The notes beneath the pieces are model-generated. The model saw only the letters and a list, made by a program, of their open reading frames with translations. It was not told where the DNA came from and did not search any database. DNA of 48,385 nt. Origin: a virus. Lineage: Duplodnaviria; Caudoviricetes. Of the stretch, positions 43,763-48,385 are shown piece after piece (positions within the stretch are counted from its first letter, which is position 1; every line of letters begins with the position of its first letter). The translations under genes and the position numbers were made by a program. The DNA lies in IMG/VR virus record IMGVR_UViG_3300025099_000035, positions 1 to 48,385 of that record. The stretch is one strand, 5' to 3'.

Positions 43763-46599
43763 TACTTAACACTCTTGGTTCGATATACTATTGTTATATC
43801 GTTAATTTCAAAGTCTTTATCAACTGCTCCAGATTGATTAAAAATATATAATCCAAATGATTTTACATTATTTGCTTCGCTTGATGTCGCAGGCTTGAAT
43901 GCTGCAGTATCCCATAATCCTGCTGTAGTATCAAATTCTGCTACACTACTTGTTGTGTGAATATTATCATCATCAGAGCCAATATTGAAAATATTCGTAG
44001 CTCCTGTTGTAAAATTATATAGGTTACTTGTATCTCCATTTATATAATATTGCATTTGTACATTATCAGAACCTTGAACTCCTTCACACCTATATGTTAC
44101 ATAAACTTTATATATTTTTTTGCGTTGAAGAGGTGCACCAAAATCATATGGCTTTGTATATACTCTAAGTGAATTACCTACTGCTGTATCACCATGACCA
44201 GGAGGGTGAGGAGAATCATCATATTTATACATAGGGTCATCCCCAATCCAGCTATCCTCATGATATATTAGCATACCATCATAGTTTACCATATTGGTTC
44301 TATTTTCACTATCACTCATAGCCTCATTAAGCCATGTCCATGCTTTAATTTTCATATCATAAATCAATATATCTTCTTCATCATCACCTGAATGAGTAGC
44401 TGTTTTATGTATAATCAATTTATTTGATTCTATATCATATCCAATTGAAGGAATGTCAGCTGCATTCGCTAACCAAAAAGCTTTTGGACGTTGCCCATCT
44501 CCTGCTGCTGTGCCTTGGTCAATATGATTACTTGTCTTCCCTTTCCAAAAAGATTCAATCTTATTATCTGTCAATGACTCAATACTCTCACCATTGTAAT
44601 GATATGCTCCAGATGAGTTTATCCAAGCGATACCATTTTTAGTTAAACAAGATTGACATTGAAATCCACCATCTAAGCCCATACCCTTATAAGAACTCTC
44701 TAATATCTCTACATCTTTTGCAATATTAATTATATGCAATGTGTTCTTTTTGAATACGAATAATCTATCAGCAAAAGCCTCAAGCTTTACAATTGAATCT
44801 CCATCGTCACCACCAAATAACTCAATTGCCATTACCTCTGGGAATGTGTCGAACCTATCCACAGGAGACTTTAATATTCTATCGCTAAATGTTGGGTCAT
44901 TTTTAACTGTAGAGTCCCATTCCTGTTTCCCGCTCGTAAGAGCAGTATCATTTACATCAAATGTAGCTTTTTGCCGTCTCTTTACATTCCCAATATAAGC
45001 ACGACCATTTGCAATAACGGCTGTCTTCCATTTAGCATCAAGCTTTGAATTATGAGGATATCCATTTAAAGATTCATATGTTTCATATTTTGGGGGATGT
45101 TTCCAAATATTATAATCACCAAGGTCAACGCTCACATCGTCCTGTGCATCATCAACATTATTCCAAGGGATATAATCAGTCACAGTTGGCTCATCTTTCC
45201 CTATACCAAAAGCTTTTACTCCTTTTTCCCAATTCGCATCAAACATTATCCAAAGATTTGCATGCCCATCATCAGAAGAAGAGTAATAAACTCTTGAACC
45301 TGTAATTCTTTGATTGCCACCACTAGCATCTCCAACAGCACTTGCTCCAAAGTTAAAGTCTTGCGAGTTACCACCATTAAATTTAAAGTTAGGAGAAAAA
45401 TATATTGCAAGATTTGTGCCAACTTTTGAATAATATGCATTTTCTGCACTTACCGTGCCTGATGTTCCGTGTTCAAAAGTAAAAGTATCAGCATCGTTAT
45501 CAACCGTCACAGTGTAATAACCCCTTAACGAATCACTACCCTCTATTAATATTGTATCTCCAACTGAAATATTGTGTGTTTCAGCACTATCTCTCGCAGA
45601 ATTATCAAATGTATTAACAGTGACCGTAGTTCCACTTCTTGAAACAGTACAATAATTATAATTAGCATCAGAGCTTCTATCTATAAATCTTATCTCACTT
45701 GAAGATACAACTGCATCAGCTCCATTAGAATAAGCTCTTAATGTTGGATACATCTTTAGTGGAGTTGGATTGCCTTCTTGAATATCATCATAAACATAAG
45801 ATGTATAAAATTTATATTCAGTATTAACAGATGGTTGCCATGTTGAGCCTGCAAAAGTTGAAATAGATTGGCTTGAGGGCACATATTCAAAATGAAAGCC
45901 CCAATCATTACCACTTGCTGCAGAGGTGTATGCATATATATCGTCTGCTGCAGAACTGCCATTATCCATCATCATTGCATTTGTAGCAATTCCACTTGAA
46001 TCTTTTGGATATCCACCCTCAATTGAAGCATCTTCGACACTCCATCCGCCAATCGTAGCATCACCTGTTCCTGTCCCAATAGTTTTATTAGGAGTATATC
46101 CAAACCACTTTACATTATTATCAAAGTTATTGGCATGATGAAATTTACCATCACATACTCTTAAGTCTCCATTTGGAGCGTAAAATGAAGGGTGTCCATT
46201 ATGCCCTGTTTCCCCTGCTCCCATATCAAATCCATCTGAGTCAAACCCACTTATAGTCCCAGAATCAGCGTTCCATGCAGCTCCATTCCATATCTTTATA
46301 TGGCTTCCATTTGCCATAGCAAGATATTGTGTAGCAGCTTCACTATTATCTGTAAAATAATCAGAATTAAATGCAAATAATCCATATCCAGGACTATCTG
46401 AAGACTCTTCAAGTGCAATTTGAGTCCCATCCTTTTGTATCGCAACTGTGTGAGGGTCTCCTGGCATTACAATCCTTCCAATGTTACTAACGGAAATACC
46501 CAATGCATCCAATAGGGAATTATCAGGTATATCTTCAGGAGCAAAGTCTGTATTCATCCCTCCTTCAAATCGATTAATGTGGAATGTTTGCTTTGGCAT
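43762..46599 (-). CDS. Tail nozzle/tail tubular protein B-like
   Basis: 945 aa; starts MPKQTFHINRFEGGMNT; beta-propeller-like repeats; C-terminal TKPYDFGAPLQRKKIYKVYVTY and EINDITIVYR. Confidence 0.7.
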   Translation of the reverse strand: MPKQTFHINRFEGGMNTDFAPEDIPDNSLLDALGISVSNIGRIVMPGDPHTVAIQKDGTQIALEESSDSPGYGLFAFNSDYFTDNSEAATQYLAMANGSHIKIWNGAAWNADSGTISGFDSDGFDMGAGETGHNGHPSFYAPNGDLRVCDGKFHHANNFDNNVKWFGYTPNKTIGTGTGDATIGGWSVEDASIEGGYPKDSSGIATNAMMMDNGSSAADDIYAYTSAASGNDWGFHFEYVPSSQSISTFAGSTWQPSVNTEYKFYTSYVYDDIQEGNPTPLKMYPTLRAYSNGADAVVSSSEIRFIDRSSDANYNYCTVSRSGTTVTVNTFDNSARDSAETHNISVGDTILIEGSDSLRGYYTVTVDNDADTFTFEHGTSGTVSAENAYYSKVGTNLAIYFSPNFKFNGGNSQDFNFGASAVGDASGGNQRITGSRVYYSSSDDGHANLWIMFDANWEKGVKAFGIGKDEPTVTDYIPWNNVDDAQDDVSVDLGDYNIWKHPPKYETYESLNGYPHNSKLDAKWKTAVIANGRAYIGNVKRRQKATFDVNDTALTSGKQEWDSTVKNDPTFSDRILKSPVDRFDTFPEVMAIELFGGDDGDSIVKLEAFADRLFVFKKNTLHIINIAKDVEILESSYKGMGLDGGFQCQSCLTKNGIAWINSSGAYHYNGESIESLTDNKIESFWKGKTSNHIDQGTAAGDGQRPKAFWLANAADIPSIGYDIESNKLIIHKTATHSGDDEEDILIYDMKIKAWTWLNEAMSDSENRTNMVNYDGMLIYHEDSWIGDDPMYKYDDSPHPPGHGDTAVGNSLRVYTKPYDFGAPLQRKKIYKVYVTYRCEGVQGSDNVQMQYYINGDTSNLYNFTTGATNIFNIGSDDDNIHTTSSVAEFDTTAGLWDTAAFKPATSSEANNVKSFGLYIFNQSGAVDKDFEINDITIVYRTKSVK

Positions 46600-46797
46600 T
46601 TATACTTTTTCTAGGATAGCTTTCTTGATAACGCCTTCAACAGTTTCATATAAAGCATTCATCATCTTCTCTTCTGTAGCTTCTGATATGAAAGGAATAT
46701 CAATATTTTTATTTAAAGCTTCAACAACTTCCTTCTGTAATTCGTCTCCAAACACTTCTTCAACTAAATCTTTCTTTAATCCGTCTAATAAACCCAT
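46600..46797 (-). CDS. Hypothetical protein
   Basis: 65 aa; LNKNIDIPFISEATE motif; AGGAG SD. Confidence 0.6.
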   Translation of the reverse strand: MGLLDGLKKDLVEEVFGDELQKEVVEALNKNIDIPFISEATEEKMMNALYETVEGVIKKAILEKV

Positions 46798-46798
46798 C

Positions 46799-47023
46799 TC
46801 ACTTCTCCTTTATTTTATTTTTGCAGATACCACAATTTACACATTTTTTCCCATCAAGGGCAACCCTCTCAAGCTCTATAACTTTATCCTCAAGTCTCTC
46901 TACTTTTTCATCTAACTCATTTGGCTTTTCAACATAATCCAAGACTTTATCAAGCTTGAATACAACAAGTAAATGGTCAAGTACTTTTGGTAATATAAAT
47001 TTTAATAGCATTGGAGGTATCAT
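46799..47023 (-). CDS. Hypothetical protein, hydrophobic N-terminus plus coiled coil
   Basis: 74 aa; ATGA overlap. Confidence 0.6.
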   Translation of the reverse strand: MIPPMLLKFILPKVLDHLLVVFKLDKVLDYVEKPNELDEKVERLEDKVIELERVALDGKKCVNCGICKNKIKEK

Positions 47024-47283
47024 TTTTTTTCCTCTCCATTCATAAGTCTTGAAAGTATATCTTCAATTCCTTCAATATACCCTTTGATTTGCTTTAAATC
47101 CATTTGAGTAATCTTTTGTTGGTCAATAAGCTTTATAATGATACCCTCAAGCCTTCTAAATTGGTTCTCAAGGTCATCAACAAGTTCATTTTGAATCCAA
47201 GTTTGCTGTTTCCAAATAAAGTAGCCAAAAGCTATTGTAATCGCAATTGGCAAACCATATTGGTCTATGATATTTAAATCCAA
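47020..47283 (-). CDS. Holin-like membrane protein
   Basis: IIDQYGLPIAITIAFGYFIWK single transmembrane segment plus coiled coil. Confidence 0.55.
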   Translation of the reverse strand: MDLNIIDQYGLPIAITIAFGYFIWKQQTWIQNELVDDLENQFRRLEGIIIKLIDQQKITQMDLKQIKGYIEGIEDILSRLMNGEEKK

Positions 47284-47285
47284 AG

Positions 47286-48071
47286 CTACTTATTCCCATC
47301 CAATAATTCACCCCATAAAGATGTTTGCCCATCAATTATTTGAATTACGTGAACAGTAAATAGCCCACCGTTATAGAAATCAACGATAGCGAATGCATGA
47401 GACCAGTTAATATTTCTACCCCCAAGCCAAGCATTTTGCTCTTTAGACATATCCTTAAGGCATCCAATACTCCAAGCACTCTTTACCCCATCCATATGTG
47501 TAACGGAAGTTTGTTGTATATCATGGTGATGTCCGTACATCACATTCGCTCCCAGACGAATCAAGTGGTTTCGTGTATGATGAGTACCAGCAAAGTGATG
47601 ACCATGATAAAACCATAGTTTCCCTATTCTTAGATATTTCCCAGCTGGGTGATACTTGTACCCACGTTTCTTTAGATTTACACATTCTTCAAACCTCATA
47701 TTGTTTAAGTAGGGATGCTCATCTACAAAGCGATTCATCCAATCATCATGATTACCTTCAATCATATGCCGTTCTTTACACTTTGCCTTATCTAATGAAG
47801 CATCAATAATATCCATTCCTGCATTTACATCTTCAATGTCTTGCTTGATGAATGGTAACTGATATTCCAATGGTGGTCGTTTCTTTTTCTTCCATTGCCA
47901 ATGAGAACATCCATGCCATTCTCCAATATCACCTAAATCTATATAAATATCAGGCTTTACAATTTCAATTGCTTGACATAACACATTAATTGCTGGCATG
48001 TCAGCCAAAGGGAAATGTTTATCGGGTGTTACGATTGCTCGTTTTACTACACCCTTCTTTTTTTTATTCAT
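47286..48071 (-). CDS. Calcineurin-like metallophosphoesterase
   Basis: PDKH, LGD, GNHD, HGH, GHHH motifs. Confidence 0.85.
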   Translation of the reverse strand: MNKKKKGVVKRAIVTPDKHFPLADMPAINVLCQAIEIVKPDIYIDLGDIGEWHGCSHWQWKKKKRPPLEYQLPFIKQDIEDVNAGMDIIDASLDKAKCKERHMIEGNHDDWMNRFVDEHPYLNNMRFEECVNLKKRGYKYHPAGKYLRIGKLWFYHGHHFAGTHHTRNHLIRLGANVMYGHHHDIQQTSVTHMDGVKSAWSIGCLKDMSKEQNAWLGGRNINWSHAFAIVDFYNGGLFTVHVIQIIDGQTSLWGELLDGNK

Positions 48072-48385
48072 TTATAAAGGTTTCACTCCCTGCTAAAGTC
48101 TGTGCTTCAGCTTTGGTTAATACACTATTATTAGGATATGCTTTTGAAGCCCCTAAAGCTATGATAGCGGACATTTCTCCTGTAAGTAGGGAGAATGCAC
48201 CTTTTACAATAATATAAGCTCCATCGTGCGATTCTCGTGGTACACCTAATTTACCTTTAAATGCAGCCTCTTTCCAAGTAGGTGTATAAACTGTAGAGCT
48301 TTCTACTTCACCATCCTCATCATAGGTATAATTAGTCCATCCTAATTGTGATTGCAACTCAGAGGGTATTGCACTCTCATAGGTT
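48064..48385 (-). CDS. Hypothetical protein; 5' end outside the window
   Basis: The frame is open from the window edge (TYESAIPSELQSQLGW...), so the TTG in the ORF track is probably not the true start. Confidence 0.6.
   Translation of the reverse strand, partial: TYESAIPSELQSQLGWTNYTYDEDGEVESSTVYTPTWKEAAFKGKLGVPRESHDGAYIIVKGAFSLLTGEMSAIIALGASKAYPNNSVLTKAEAQTLAGSETFINE

Noticed and set aside
215-48217. Many short antisense or nested ORFs in the track (e.g. 4406-4759, 5183-5677, 18366-18773, 22506-22931, 46481-46915)
   Set aside because: They lie opposite or inside well-supported genes and lack recognisable motifs; treated as shadow ORFs.

Overview
Most of the genome of a low-GC tailed dsDNA phage with podovirus-type organisation; host cannot be determined from the sequence. 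Two arms diverge from a non-coding control region at about 17.6-18.4 kb and converge at about 33.1 kb. The minus strand carries the late genes: terS, a lysozyme-like gene, terL, P22-like portal, scaffold, major capsid, adaptor-like, tail fibre and LamG tail genes running off the left edge. It resumes from the right edge with a metallophosphoesterase, holin-like genes, a tail nozzle and three ejection-type proteins. The plus strand carries early genes (many small ORFs, GIY-YIG endonuclease, ParB-like, GP88-like), a recombination module (RHH regulator, Cas4-like exonuclease, Sak-type annealase, SSB), a DNA methyltransferase, DnaB and a RuvC-like resolvase. I recognised no DNA polymerase, primase, stand-alone integrase or canonical tRNA. 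The main finding is that the 2292-aa ejection-type protein contains a complete-looking tyrosine recombinase/topoisomerase IB-like module (R832, K854/855, R943xxR946, H970, Y980) followed by an HExxH metallopeptidase-like motif, suggesting a virion-delivered DNA strand-breakage/rejoining enzyme. Other findings: an iteron-like TATCTATAGA element present both upstream of terS and inside the exonuclease gene, two tandem structured RNA candidates after ssb, apparent GATC avoidance, an rrn-like boxA in the early leader, an EF-hand loop in an ejection protein, and a shared Y-x-x-G-G motif in late proteins. All assignments come from reading motifs by eye; no searches were run.
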